Origin: Spirochaetota bacterium
GTDB lineage: Bacteria > Spirochaetota > UBA4802 > UBA5550
Length of the DNA: 64,000 nucleotides
Reading direction: 5' to 3'
NCBI GenBank assembly: GCA_022709405.1
Contig: JAKLIV010000003.1
Location: forward strand, 1,883 to 65,882
Below the pieces are notes generated by a model. That model was not told where the DNA came from. It searched no databases and was given only the letters and a program-made list of their open reading frames with translations. This document shows positions 1 through 9,467 of this stretch, piece by piece. The position numbers were made by a program, and so were the translations under genes. How positions within the stretch are numbered: position 1 is the stretch's first letter; each line of letters opens with the position of its first letter.

Positions 1-239
1 TCTTTCTCGTTAAAAGTAAAAAGAATATTCAAATCCTCATGGTCCTGGAAATTGATATTTTCATACTCGTTGACAAGAGCGTTCACATGGTGATACTTGC
101 TCAATTCGCGGGCGAAATTGTAAAGCTGGACCGTTGCGCCGCCGAATGTTTTGACAGAATTATTGAATATGGATTCAGAATCTTTCGGAAAAACGACATC
201 AACGGTCTTGAAACCAATTTTCTGTACTGGAGTATTCAT
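1..239 (-). CDS. Glycosyltransferase, GT-B/GT4-like, N-terminal part only (gene runs off the left window edge)
   Basis: Reverse-strand ATG at 239-237 opens a stop-free frame to position 1: MNTPVQKIGFKTVDVVFPKDSESIFNNSVKTFGGATVQLYNFARELSKYHHVNALV... The GGA..q..la.eL..gh.V N-terminus is typical of GT4 enzymes. It is missing from the ORF track because it has no in-window stop. The + ORF 39..284 is its antisense shadow. Confidence 0.45.
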   Translation of the reverse strand, partial: MNTPVQKIGFKTVDVVFPKDSESIFNNSVKTFGGATVQLYNFARELSKYHHVNALVNEYENINFQDHEDLNILFTFNEK

Positions 240-387
240 TATTTTATTGATTTTAAGGAAGATCTCTTATCAATATTCAATTAAATTTATACGCTTTGCC
301 CGATAGCAGTAATATAGCACATTATGATACAAAAAGATATTTGTCTATAATAATTTCATTAATGCACTGTTTATGCAAGTAAAATAA

Positions 388-1374
388 TTGAGCTATACCA
401 TGATAAAAGCACCCTTCATAAGCATTGTCATGATCAATTTCAACGGCATTGATTATCTAAAAGAGACCATCCCGCCGCTTCTTTGCATGAATTACCCGGA
501 TTATGAATTGATTGTCGCGGATAACGGGTCCTCTGATGGAAGTATCGGCTATATTTCCGGCATCCCCAGGATCAGATTGATCCGCAGTCCCCGGTACAGG
601 GAAAAAAACTACGCCTGTAATTACGCCATTTCTCAAGCATCAGGAGATTATGTTCTATTGCTCGATAATGACGTGATCATCACCGACAGGGATATCCTTT
701 CAAAACTCGTCTCAATGTATGAAACACTGCCCGGAATCGGGGCGCTCGGCCTTGCGGTGCATGACAGGGGGATAGACAAATCAAGCCGCTACGGCACGTA
801 TTTCAGCTACTATTTCATCCGGGAAGTGAAAAAAATTACCCTTGATCAGATTCGAAGATATCACGGCTCACCGATCCCGGCCACCGGCGGGCAGATATTC
901 ATAAAAAAATCGCTCTGGCGCGAAATCGGCGGATATGACGACCACCTGAAATTCGGCGGCGACGACAATGATCTCGGGATACGCCTGGGCCTGTTCGGTT
1001 ATACGAACTATCTCTATGCGGACACGAACCAGGTCCATATCGGGATCGGCGAACGTACGGCTAATGAAAAATACGCAAAAAAATTCAGGGACACCTATTA
1101 TGCGCACCTGTACACCATCGTTAAAAACTACAGTCCATTCAATATGATTGCGGCGATGACGGTTTATCCCCTGTTCACCATTCTCAAATCTCTCAAACAA
1201 GCGGTCAGCAGACGCAATTTCGGCCCGATATGGGCTTTTTTTCAGGGGTATCGGCTTTTCCTCATCAATCTTCCATTTGCGCTCGCCAGACGTAAAGAGA
1301 TCCAGAAAAAACGCATAGTAAAAAGAGACATATTTTTGTCTTCCCCTGCAAGACCGGATTATACAAATACCTGA
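388..1374 (+). CDS. Glycosyltransferase family 2 (GT-A)
   Basis: 'ISIVMINFNGIDYLKETIPPL..YPDYELIVADNGSSDGS' plus DxD 'LLLDNDVII' and 'GGDDNDLGIRL'. The likely true start is ATG at 400 (MIKAPF). Confidence 0.8.
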   Translation: MSYTMIKAPFISIVMINFNGIDYLKETIPPLLCMNYPDYELIVADNGSSDGSIGYISGIPRIRLIRSPRYREKNYACNYAISQASGDYVLLLDNDVIITDRDILSKLVSMYETLPGIGALGLAVHDRGIDKSSRYGTYFSYYFIREVKKITLDQIRRYHGSPIPATGGQIFIKKSLWREIGGYDDHLKFGGDDNDLGIRLGLFGYTNYLYADTNQVHIGIGERTANEKYAKKFRDTYYAHLYTIVKNYSPFNMIAAMTVYPLFTILKSLKQAVSRRNFGPIWAFFQGYRLFLINLPFALARRKEIQKKRIVKRDIFLSSPARPDYTNT

Positions 1375-1666
1375 TTTTGTAAAATTAATCTTGCACTTCT
1401 TAATAATCCCGGTAGAATAAAATGGTATTCAGTGGATTTTTAGTAATTTTGAGATTGAAAACCGTCATTCAGAAAACATATAAAATTTTTAATATTAATG
1501 CTTGCAAAAAACAGATGCACTTTTATGATATACTCGATTTGGTGAACACTCTTTTGCTTTCTTTTTTCATTAAAATTTTGTTCAACCGAAAAGAGCAAGC
1601 CGCAGGAAATGCGTACAATAGCAAGAGGGCTTATCATTCACAGGCGCGCCGGGTAAAAAATCTATA

Positions 1667-2452
1667 ATGAATTCGATGAATAAACATAAAAAAAGCGATC
1701 TCATTACCATCATTACCGTGGTGAAAAATGACGAAGCAAATATCGAAAGAACGATAAAAAGCGTCCTCAGCCAGACCTATCCTTTTATCCAATACATCAT
1801 CATAGACGGTTCTTCCAATGACGGCACCCTGAATGTCATTGAAAAATATTCCCCCCATATAGACCTGATCATAAGCGAGCACGATGAAGGCATATATGAC
1901 GCCATGAACAAGGGCGTCAACAACGCCACGGGCGAGTGGGTTTTCTTTCTGAATTCAGGCGATGAATTTCATGATGAACACGTGCTGTCCAAGCTGAGCC
2001 GGTATTTTCCCGGAAATATCAGTCTGATCTTCGGTGATGTGATAGTCATCGAGTCTGACGGCAAGAGAGTCATTCAGAAACACAAAAAAATGAGCAGGCA
2101 TTTCCTTTTAAAAAAGACCATCTGCCATCAATCGATCTTGTTCAAAAAGGAGCTTTTTTCCCAGATCGGCCTGTTCAATACCGATTACAATATCAAGGCG
2201 GACTACGACTGGCTGTTGCGCTATTACTTTAAAAACAAAAAAAATTCCCTCTACATCAATCTCGAGGTCACGCGGTTTTTAAAAGGGGGTTTCAGCGACG
2301 ATGCGAACAAAGACCGTATTGAAAAAATGAGACTGGTGAAGGAATATTTCACCTCATGGGAATATCTTTTTATGTTTATTCTCAATTCAAGGGCTCTGCT
2401 TTTAAAAAACAGCGCATATTTTCATAAATCAAGCAAGCCAGTAGCCCCATGA
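1667..2452 (+). CDS. Glycosyltransferase family 2 (WcaE-like small GT2)
   Basis: 'ITIITVVKNDEANIERTIKSVLSQTYPFIQYIIIDGSSNDGT...ISEHDEGIYDAMNKGV..FLNSGD'. Confidence 0.8.
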   Translation: MNSMNKHKKSDLITIITVVKNDEANIERTIKSVLSQTYPFIQYIIIDGSSNDGTLNVIEKYSPHIDLIISEHDEGIYDAMNKGVNNATGEWVFFLNSGDEFHDEHVLSKLSRYFPGNISLIFGDVIVIESDGKRVIQKHKKMSRHFLLKKTICHQSILFKKELFSQIGLFNTDYNIKADYDWLLRYYFKNKKNSLYINLEVTRFLKGGFSDDANKDRIEKMRLVKEYFTSWEYLFMFILNSRALLLKNSAYFHKSSKPVAP

Positions 2453-2536
2453 CCGATTACCCTTTCAGCATCCCTAAAGGTATACAAAATTATAAAAATA
2501 ACGTGACAAAACAATATTTGATAGAATAATATCTCC

Positions 2537-3346
2537 ATGCTTTCAACAAATACCACTAACCCCATGATTTCGGTTATCACCGTTGTCAGGAACGATGCAA
2601 AAAACATCAGGAAGACCATTTCGACGGTACTCGAGCAGGACCTGCCTTCCAGGGAATATATAATTATCGACGGCGCTTCCTCTGACGGAACCCTCGACAT
2701 TATCAACGAATACCGCGATAGAATCGATATTATCATCAGCGAGCACGACAACGGAATCTATGAAGCGATGAACAAAGGGATAAAGGCGGGCTCCGGCGAG
2801 CTGGTTCTCTTTCTTAATTCAGGAGACTATCTTGCAAACGATAAAGTTTTGTCAAGCATACAGAAAGTCTATCTCGAACACCCTGATGTGGCGTTCATAT
2901 TCGGCGGGATCATTCTCAATTACTCGAAGCTGAGCATACAGAAAAAGATCACCCGCGAATTCAATGAAAAAAGACTCACCTGGGGCCAGCAGCCTCCCCA
3001 TCCGGCGACCTTTTTCAAAAAATCGGTTTTACTGGAACACGGGGGCTTCAATACTCTCTTTTCCTATTCTGCTGACTTCGACCTTTTTTGCAGACTGATA
3101 AAAAACAAATATGCCTTCATCAACATCGACATACCGGTGACAATTTTCCATTCCGGGGGGGCGAGCGCCAGGCTGTCGGCGAGGATCGAGACGTATAATA
3201 TCATCAAAAACAACTTCATGTACCATCATGCAATACGCTATATGCTGTTCAAGATGTCCGAGTCATTCATGAAAAACGTTCTTGAAACAATCGGTCTACT
3301 GGGAATTTTTCACAGGATCAAGAAGCATTATATTACGCAATTATAA
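2537..3346 (+). CDS. Glycosyltransferase family 2, tandem paralogue of 1667..2452
   Basis: 'ISVITVVRNDAKNIRKTISTVLEQDLPSREYIIIDGASSDGT...ISEHDNGIYEAMNKGI..FLNSGD' is colinear with the preceding ORF. Confidence 0.8.
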   Translation: MLSTNTTNPMISVITVVRNDAKNIRKTISTVLEQDLPSREYIIIDGASSDGTLDIINEYRDRIDIIISEHDNGIYEAMNKGIKAGSGELVLFLNSGDYLANDKVLSSIQKVYLEHPDVAFIFGGIILNYSKLSIQKKITREFNEKRLTWGQQPPHPATFFKKSVLLEHGGFNTLFSYSADFDLFCRLIKNKYAFINIDIPVTIFHSGGASARLSARIETYNIIKNNFMYHHAIRYMLFKMSESFMKNVLETIGLLGIFHRIKKHYITQL

Positions 3347-3416
3347 TTGATGCAGCACATGCATTGCAACACCGGATATAATATCGCTTTTCCAGACAAA
3401 AGAAGCCATCCCGGTC

Positions 3417-4544
3417 TCAGCTCTCGCAATACCACCTGTAAAAATGCCTTATACCTTCACGAAGTTCAATGGAATGCTTCCATCCCAGATCATGAATTTT
3501 CGTCACATCGAGCAGTTTCTTGGGGGTGCCGTCAGGCTTTGTCGAATCAAAAAGCAGTCTGCCGGTAAAGCCGACCGTTTCTTTGACGATCCCTGCCAGG
3601 TCCCGTATCGACAGGTCGGTCCCTGAGCCGATATTGACAAATTCACCGGTTTCGGAGTAATCACAATTTTCCATCAGCATAATCACCGATTCGGCAAGAT
3701 CGTCGGCATGTAAAAATTCCCTGAACGGCGACCCGCTTCCCCATAGAGTCAAGGATACTTCATGCTCCCGGTTCTCCGCTTTAACAGCACCAGAAGCCTG
3801 CTCGATCCTGATGCCAAAAAAATCCAGAACCTTACAAATGTCGTCCTTTGTGGAATTGGAATGAATCGTGATTTCCCTATTGTCAACAGCTACCGCCGCA
3901 TTCCCGAACTTCAAAAAATCTTTCACGATCGAGCCATAATCCCCGTGGGTCAGCAATCTGGCCAGGTGCATCTTTCTCATGATCGCAGGAAGAACGTGCG
4001 AATCCATGAGGTCAAAATTGTCATTCGGCCCGTAGAGGTTCGTGGGCATGACCGAGATAAAATTGGTCCCGTACTGCTCGTTGAAATAACGGCACAGCTT
4101 GATCGCCGCGATCTTGGCTATGGCGTACGCTTCGTTGGTCGGCTCGAGCTCGCTGGTGAGAAGCATGTTTTCTTTCATGGGCTGGGGCGCGTATTTCGGG
4201 TAAATGCACGACGAGCCGAGATTGAGCAGCTTTTTCACTCCGGACCCGTGTGAAGCGTGAATGACATTGGTCGCGATTGCAAGATTGTCATAGATGAAAT
4301 CGGCCTTGTAGGTGTTATTGGCGAGAATTCCGCCGACTTTTGCAGCAGCGAGAAAGACATACTCAGGCCTCTCTGCATCAAAAAAACGTTCGGTATCGAG
4401 CTGCCGGGATAGGTCCAGCTGGGCGTGTGTACGCGTGATGATATTCCCGTATCCCTTCTCACTGAGCTTTCGCACAATGGCCGAACCCACGAGCCCGCGA
4501 TGGCCGGCAACATATATCTTTGAGGACTTATTGATGGCAGTCAT
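3417..4544 (-). CDS. fcl: GDP-L-fucose synthase (GDP-4-keto-6-deoxy-D-mannose 3,5-epimerase/4-reductase), long form
   Basis: '[19 protein letters not shown]', '[24 protein letters not shown]', 'GSSCIYPK', 'YAIAKIA', '[17 protein letters not shown]' and '[11 protein letters not shown]' are colinear with E. coli Fcl/WcaG. The probable start is ATG at 4544 (MTAINK), overlapping the gmd stop by 17 nt. The track ORF extends to 4559. Confidence 0.9.
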   Translation of the reverse strand: MTAINKSSKIYVAGHRGLVGSAIVRKLSEKGYGNIITRTHAQLDLSRQLDTERFFDAERPEYVFLAAAKVGGILANNTYKADFIYDNLAIATNVIHASHGSGVKKLLNLGSSCIYPKYAPQPMKENMLLTSELEPTNEAYAIAKIAAIKLCRYFNEQYGTNFISVMPTNLYGPNDNFDLMDSHVLPAIMRKMHLARLLTHGDYGSIVKDFLKFGNAAVAVDNREITIHSNSTKDDICKVLDFFGIRIEQASGAVKAENREHEVSLTLWGSGSPFREFLHADDLAESVIMLMENCDYSETGEFVNIGSGTDLSIRDLAGIVKETVGFTGRLLFDSTKPDGTPKKLLDVTKIHDLGWKHSIELREGIRHFYRWYCES

Positions 4545-5619
4545 TGATCTCAAAACCACCTTTTTTCAAGTGGACGTCCCTTCTTGCAATTTCAAGATCA
4601 GTAAAGACCATCATTTTCACCAGTTCGGGCAGAGACACTTTCGGCTTCCATCCGAGCTTTTGCCGCGCTTTTGTCGGGTCTCCGATCAGGATATCAACCT
4701 CCGCAGGCCTGAAATACCGGGGATCGACCTGCACCGCTATGTTCCCGGTCTTCACGTCCCTCCCCTTTTCATTTTCGTTCCTTCCTTCCCAGGCGAGCTC
4801 GATGCCCGCCTCCCTGAACGCCATGTCAACAAAATCCCTGACAGTTGTGGTGACCCCGGTCGCGAGGATGAAATCATCCGGTTCGTTCTGCTGAAGCATG
4901 CGCCACATACCCTCGACATAGTCGCCGGCGAATCCCCAGTCGCGCTTTGCGTTGAGGTTTCCCAGATACACCGTATCCTGCAATCCCATTCTTATCCTGG
5001 CAGCTGCTCTGGTTATCTTTCTGGTCACGAACGTCTCGCCGCGCCGGGGGCTTTCGTGGTTGAACAGAATGCCGTTGCAGGCGTACATGCCGTACGATTC
5101 CCGGTAATTCTTCACGATCCAGAAGCCGTAGAGCTTGGCGACCCCGTACGGGCTGCGGGGATAAAACGGCGTCGTCTCTTTCTGGGGGATTTCCTGAACC
5201 ATGCCGTAAAGCTCCGAGGTGGACGCCTGATAAAACCTGGTCTTTTTTTCAAGGCCGAGCAGGCGTATTGATTCAAGCAGCCGGAGCGTGCCCACCGCGT
5301 CCGAATCAGCCGTATACTCGGGCACCTCGAATGAAACCTGGACATGGGACTGCGCCCCCAGGTTGTATATCTCGTCGGGTTGTACCTGTTGTATTATCCT
5401 GGTCAGGTTGCTCGAATCGGTCAGGTCGCCGTAGTGAAGAATGAATCGGGCGTTCTCAACGTGCGGGTCCTGGTAAATATGGTCGATCCTCTCGGTATTG
5501 AATGACGAAGAGCGGCGCTTGATACCGTGCACTTCGTATCCTTTTTCGAGCAGCAGTTCGGCCAGGTAGGAGCCGTCCTGGCCGGTGATTCCGGTTATGA
5601 GTGCTTTTTTCATTTTCAT
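4528..5619 (-). CDS. gmd: GDP-mannose 4,6-dehydratase
   Basis: '[46 protein letters not shown]', 'QASTSELYG', 'SPYGVAKLY' and '[18 protein letters not shown]' are canonical Gmd motifs. Confidence 0.95.
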   Translation of the reverse strand: MKMKKALITGITGQDGSYLAELLLEKGYEVHGIKRRSSSFNTERIDHIYQDPHVENARFILHYGDLTDSSNLTRIIQQVQPDEIYNLGAQSHVQVSFEVPEYTADSDAVGTLRLLESIRLLGLEKKTRFYQASTSELYGMVQEIPQKETTPFYPRSPYGVAKLYGFWIVKNYRESYGMYACNGILFNHESPRRGETFVTRKITRAAARIRMGLQDTVYLGNLNAKRDWGFAGDYVEGMWRMLQQNEPDDFILATGVTTTVRDFVDMAFREAGIELAWEGRNENEKGRDVKTGNIAVQVDPRYFRPAEVDILIGDPTKARQKLGWKPKVSLPELVKMMVFTDLEIARRDVHLKKGGFEINDCHQ

Positions 5620-5644
5620 AACAAATGTCCTAAATTGCCATGTA

Positions 5645-6754
5645 TTAAAGAACGCTATTATAAATAGCGATGGTTTTATCTACTGTTTTTTCCCAGGAAA
5701 AATTTTTTAACCGTTCAAGGCCTTTTTCTTTTAGTGATTTTCTCAATGCTGAATTTTCCATCAATGAACGAAAAGAATCCTTGAAGGATATGCTGTCATG
5801 AGGATTAAAATAAGCTACTGCATTGCCGCCAACCTCGGGAAGTGAACTTGCATTGCTTGCAAGAACCGGACATCCACAGGCAAAAGCTTCCAGAATTGGA
5901 ATACCGAAACCCTCATAGACCGAAGGGAAAACGAAAAGGAGGGCGTTCGAATATAAATTCACCAGCTCGTTATCTGTTTTTGCCGGGACATGTGTGACCC
6001 TGTTAATCAGGTTAAGCTCCTTCAGCAATTGTATTTCGCTTTGTGAAAACGACCCACCTCCAGCGCAGACAATGGACAAAGAGTCATCCTCATTAAAAAA
6101 TTCCGCACTATTGCGTATAAAAAAATTAAAATTTTTATATATCTTCCTGTCACCAACGAATAGAATATATTTTTCAGGAAGTCCTTCCGCTGCTTTAATA
6201 TTTTTTTCCGGATCAAGAGAATTTGCATGATAGACTACCTCGAGTTTATCTTCAATTTCAGGATAAAACCGCAGGATGTCATTTCTTGTCGATTCAGAAA
6301 CAGCAATGATCTTTGAAGCTTTTTCCATGAGTATCTTTTTTTGATTCGTAATTTTTTGATTTCTAAAAAATTCTGGATAAATATCATGGATCATGTCATG
6401 AACAGTCAGAACGAACGGCCTTTTATCAATAAATGGCAAATATTCCACATTGTAATACGTTGGATGATATACATGGAAATTACTTTTATTCAGGTCCATT
6501 ATATTCTGCAACTTGTTTACTGTCTTAAATATTCTTAATAGTTTGGACTGCCCTGGAAATGTTCTATTCTCAAACCATCTGATATGGGAATATTCGGGCA
6601 ATTCTAAAAGATAGTGATTATGTGAAAATAAAATATTCAATTCAACGCTGATACCCGGCAGGGCGGCAATGCGACGAATTATTTGCGTGAAATAGCGTGA
6701 TATGCCCCCGAAGTTTTGCATCGAAAAAGCCTGATAGTCATACCTGATGATCAT
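5645..6754 (-). CDS. Glycosyltransferase family 4 (possible D-rhamnosyl/fucosyl transferase)
   Basis: The C-terminal GT-B motif is '[45 protein letters not shown]'. The likely start is ATG at 6754 (MIIRYDY), directly abutting the upstream stop at 6756. Confidence 0.8.
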   Translation of the reverse strand: MIIRYDYQAFSMQNFGGISRYFTQIIRRIAALPGISVELNILFSHNHYLLELPEYSHIRWFENRTFPGQSKLLRIFKTVNKLQNIMDLNKSNFHVYHPTYYNVEYLPFIDKRPFVLTVHDMIHDIYPEFFRNQKITNQKKILMEKASKIIAVSESTRNDILRFYPEIEDKLEVVYHANSLDPEKNIKAAEGLPEKYILFVGDRKIYKNFNFFIRNSAEFFNEDDSLSIVCAGGGSFSQSEIQLLKELNLINRVTHVPAKTDNELVNLYSNALLFVFPSVYEGFGIPILEAFACGCPVLASNASSLPEVGGNAVAYFNPHDSISFKDSFRSLMENSALRKSLKEKGLERLKNFSWEKTVDKTIAIYNSVL

Positions 6755-6755
6755 T

Positions 6756-7724
6756 TCACCGTCCGTACAGGACATGCTCCCAGTATTGCAATACATCCGT
6801 AAGGCTTTGCTTCAGTGAGATCGATGGCGCCCAGCCCGTATGTTCCTGTATCTTTGCATTGGAGCCAAAAACAATTTTATTGTCTGTTGGTCTCAGCAGA
6901 CTCTTGTCGGTTTCCGTGTGAATCGATACGCCGGCAATATCAGAAATCATGGCGATAACGTCCATCAAGGAAATCCCGTTCCCGCTGCAGATATTGTATA
7001 TTTCACCGGTAATTCCTCTCGAAAAAAGCAGGTCATATGCCACTACCACATCCCTGACATCCAGAAAGTCGCGTATAACTGACAGGTCGCCTGTCATAAG
7101 AACACCTTCTTTTTTGCCCTGTGATTTAATTTCCATTATTTGTTTAGCAAATGATGGGATAACGAAGATGTCCTTTTGCCTTGGACCGATATGGTTGAAG
7201 GAGCGGGTCATGATAATGTCAAGTCCATATCCATTACAAAAAACTTTAGATAGCCATTCCTGTGAAAGACGCGCCACTGCATAAGGACTTGTGGGAGCGA
7301 GGGGTATGTCTTCTTTTAATGGTAAGATGTCCTCAGTCACATCACCATATTCTTCCGATGATCCCACGGACAAGATCCGGCATTTTATATCAAGCTCTCT
7401 TACCGTCTCAACTAGATTCAAAAATATGTTGGTATTGTTTTGGAAGCACAATACTGGATCTTTCCAACTGAAGCCAACACTGCTGAATGAGGCTAGGTGA
7501 AGAATATAATTCGGCTGAAAATCATAGACTACTTTTTCAAGGGAATTTTTATCCAGTAGATCAATGGTTTTAGAGCAGTAATCAACATATTCGAGTTCTC
7601 GCGCATCTTTTTCCTGTACAAGGTCAATACCAAGAACTGATATTTTTTGCTTTTTTTGTTCAAGTAAGTCTATAAAGTACGAACTCACGAATCCTTGGGA
7701 TCCCGTAATAAGGTATTTTTTCAT
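6756..7724 (-). CDS. rmd: GDP-4-keto-6-deoxy-D-mannose reductase-like SDR (Rmd-like; would make GDP-D-rhamnose or the 6-deoxy-talose epimer)
   Basis: 'MKKYLITGSQGFVSSY', 'SPYAVARLS', 'RSFNHIGPRQKDIFVIPSFAKQI', 'GDLSVIRDFLDVRDVVVAYDLL', 'GEIYNICSG' and 'TGWAPSISLKQSL' are colinear with Pseudomonas aeruginosa Rmd ('RPFNHIGPGQKDSFVI..SRDFLDVQDV..YNVCSG..TGWKPEITIKQSL'). Confidence 0.7.
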   Translation of the reverse strand: MKKYLITGSQGFVSSYFIDLLEQKKQKISVLGIDLVQEKDARELEYVDYCSKTIDLLDKNSLEKVVYDFQPNYILHLASFSSVGFSWKDPVLCFQNNTNIFLNLVETVRELDIKCRILSVGSSEEYGDVTEDILPLKEDIPLAPTSPYAVARLSQEWLSKVFCNGYGLDIIMTRSFNHIGPRQKDIFVIPSFAKQIMEIKSQGKKEGVLMTGDLSVIRDFLDVRDVVVAYDLLFSRGITGEIYNICSGNGISLMDVIAMISDIAGVSIHTETDKSLLRPTDNKIVFGSNAKIQEHTGWAPSISLKQSLTDVLQYWEHVLYGR

Positions 7725-8304
7725 AAAGCAATCCTTGATGCATGCACTAGAAGAATAATTCGAATTTTTAATATTCTAATCATTTATTGACAGTGCATAT
7801 TTTTATAACATAAAAAAATATGCTTTCTATTATTGTATTTCACTATAATAGCATCAATAATGTCAACATTTCTTTTTCGATAAACGTTCTGTTGTAAATA
7901 TGTTGAATCGTGCAAATTTCGGCCGAAACCTGCCTGATGATGTTATCAGCTTTTTCTCCAGTGGCTTTTATTCAACCACCGTTCGTTCTGTTCCTGCAGA
8001 ATCAGGTGAACTATCACCCGAACCGGATCCCCGTAAAGCTGAATCAGCTCGTAAAATCTGCACGGTTCATTTTTTCGTTGCATTCTTCAAGTTGTCTGGC
8101 ATATTGTTCTGAAAGCATTGGCTACGCCTCCTTCTGTTGTGTATTACCAATTACAACTCTGGCAGGCTTACCATACTTTTTCAAGCATTCATTTTACACA
8201 ATAGATTGGGCTTGACCCTCTAAAGCGGCATAATGATAGTTTACCTATTTAAAGAATATTTTAAAAGTTGATCATTTAGTGTAATTGATGGAAACAAAAC
8301 GATT

Positions 8305-9453
8305 ATGAAAAAAATTCTTCTGGTCTATCCCCATAATTTTTATGAGCACAATAGTGGTATCAATTCAAGATATTATGAGTTAATTAAATATTTTGATAAG
8401 CGAAACTTTAATGTAGATCTTTTTTCTCTTAAAAATTTTGAAAGCAAATGGGATACAATAAATAAATATACAATTAAGCCTATCAATAATATTTTTTTAT
8501 ATGATTTTGCAAAAGGTAAAAAAAAATCAAAAATAAAATCATTAATAAACAATGTAATAAAAAAAATAATAACCCATAAACAATACGGCTCTCTACCCGA
8601 TTATGCTTTTCCAAGTATGAAAAAAAAACTCCGTGAAATAATCGCTAATAATAATTATGATTACATAATTATTTCTTATTTATACTGGGCTAAGTTAATA
8701 GAAGATCTAGATTATAGAGGGTTAATTATCCTTGAAATATCTGACTTCTTGACGTTGAATCTTTTTGATATTACAAATGGTAGTATTAATATCGGAAATT
8801 TAATTAATGAGGAAATACATAGAGCAGCCTTATTCAATAAAATAATTTGTATTTCATATGATGAACTTTTATTATTCTCTCAATTTATTCCTACTACTGA
8901 ATTTTACTACGTTCCTTTTTTTTTAAAAGACAGCTCCAAAAAAAAGAAATTAAAAACAATATACGATATAGTGATTATCGCATCAGACAATCCTCACAAC
9001 ATAAAAGGGATTAATTGGTTTTTCTCTGAAGTATATAATTTACTGGAAAAAAATATTTCAATATTTATCGGTGGAAAAATTTCTAAACATATTAAACAAT
9101 ATCAAAATATTACAAAAGAGTTTTTTGTTGAGAATATCGATAAAATTTATTTAAGTGCAAAGATTGCTATTTGTCCGTTACTAGGAGGTTCTGGAATAAA
9201 AATAAAAGTTATTGAAGCTCTTTCTTATGGTATTCCTGTAGTAACGACTAGTAAGGGAGTCATTGGTTTTAAGGAGAAACAGAATAATGGATGTATAATT
9301 GCCAATAGCCCTCAATCTTTTGCAGAATCAATTCATTGTTTACTATATGATAAAGAAAAATATTATGATACAAGTAAAAAAGCTATTGATTATTTTAATA
9401 AAAATTTTGATGCAGAAAAAATTTACAAAGATTTAGATAACATATTTCATTAA
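8305..9453 (+). CDS. Glycosyltransferase, GT-B (GT4/GT1-like), very AT-rich
   Basis: The C-terminal sugar-donor motif is 'ICPLLGGSGIKIKVIEALSYGIPVVTTSKGVIGF'. The size (382 aa) and two-Rossmann layout fit the family. Confidence 0.65.
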   Translation: MKKILLVYPHNFYEHNSGINSRYYELIKYFDKRNFNVDLFSLKNFESKWDTINKYTIKPINNIFLYDFAKGKKKSKIKSLINNVIKKIITHKQYGSLPDYAFPSMKKKLREIIANNNYDYIIISYLYWAKLIEDLDYRGLIILEISDFLTLNLFDITNGSINIGNLINEEIHRAALFNKIICISYDELLLFSQFIPTTEFYYVPFFLKDSSKKKKLKTIYDIVIIASDNPHNIKGINWFFSEVYNLLEKNISIFIGGKISKHIKQYQNITKEFFVENIDKIYLSAKIAICPLLGGSGIKIKVIEALSYGIPVVTTSKGVIGFKEKQNNGCIIANSPQSFAESIHCLLYDKEKYYDTSKKAIDYFNKNFDAEKIYKDLDNIFH

Positions 9454-9459
9454 CATCTC

Positions 9460-9467
9460 AATGATTG
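9460..9467. repeat. Left copy of the 8-bp target-site duplication (AATGATTG) of the IS256-family element
   Basis: AATGATTG lies immediately outside the left inverted repeat. The identical octamer is at 10791..10798. Confidence 0.85.

Noticed and set aside
39-284. An 81-aa + strand ORF at the window start.
   Set aside because: It has no recognisable motifs. The opposite strand carries a stop-free GT4-like N-terminus running off the window edge.
1422-1882. Short ORFs (81, 65 and 82 aa) in and around the 1375-1666 intergenic gap.
   Set aside because: They are mutually overlapping, low-complexity and AT-rich, with no motifs. The 1634..1882 ORF is antisense to the GT2 gene.
3755-3947. A roughly 60-aa insertion in Fcl relative to E. 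coli Fcl, between 'RKMHLA' and 'LWGSGSP'.
   Set aside because: To my recollection, long-form GDP-fucose synthases with an insertion at this position are common, for example in Bacteroidota. It is probably a lineage feature rather than a novelty, and it should be confirmed by alignment.
4312-5271. A 319-aa + strand ORF, and similar long ORFs at 30951..31946, 31655..32566, 33157..33720, 35324..36280 and 43626..44213.
   Set aside because: All lie antisense to ORFs with unmistakable enzyme motifs (gmd, GT, MT and so on). Their translations are Arg/Pro/Ala-rich low-complexity strings typical of shadow ORFs in GC-rich coding DNA.
8040-8075. Programmed -1 frameshift at the A6 run of the orphan ORF pair.
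   Set aside because: The heptamer (A AAA AAT G) is not a canonical X XXY YYZ slippery site in the zero frame, and no downstream structure is evident. Decay of a remnant gene is the simpler explanation.
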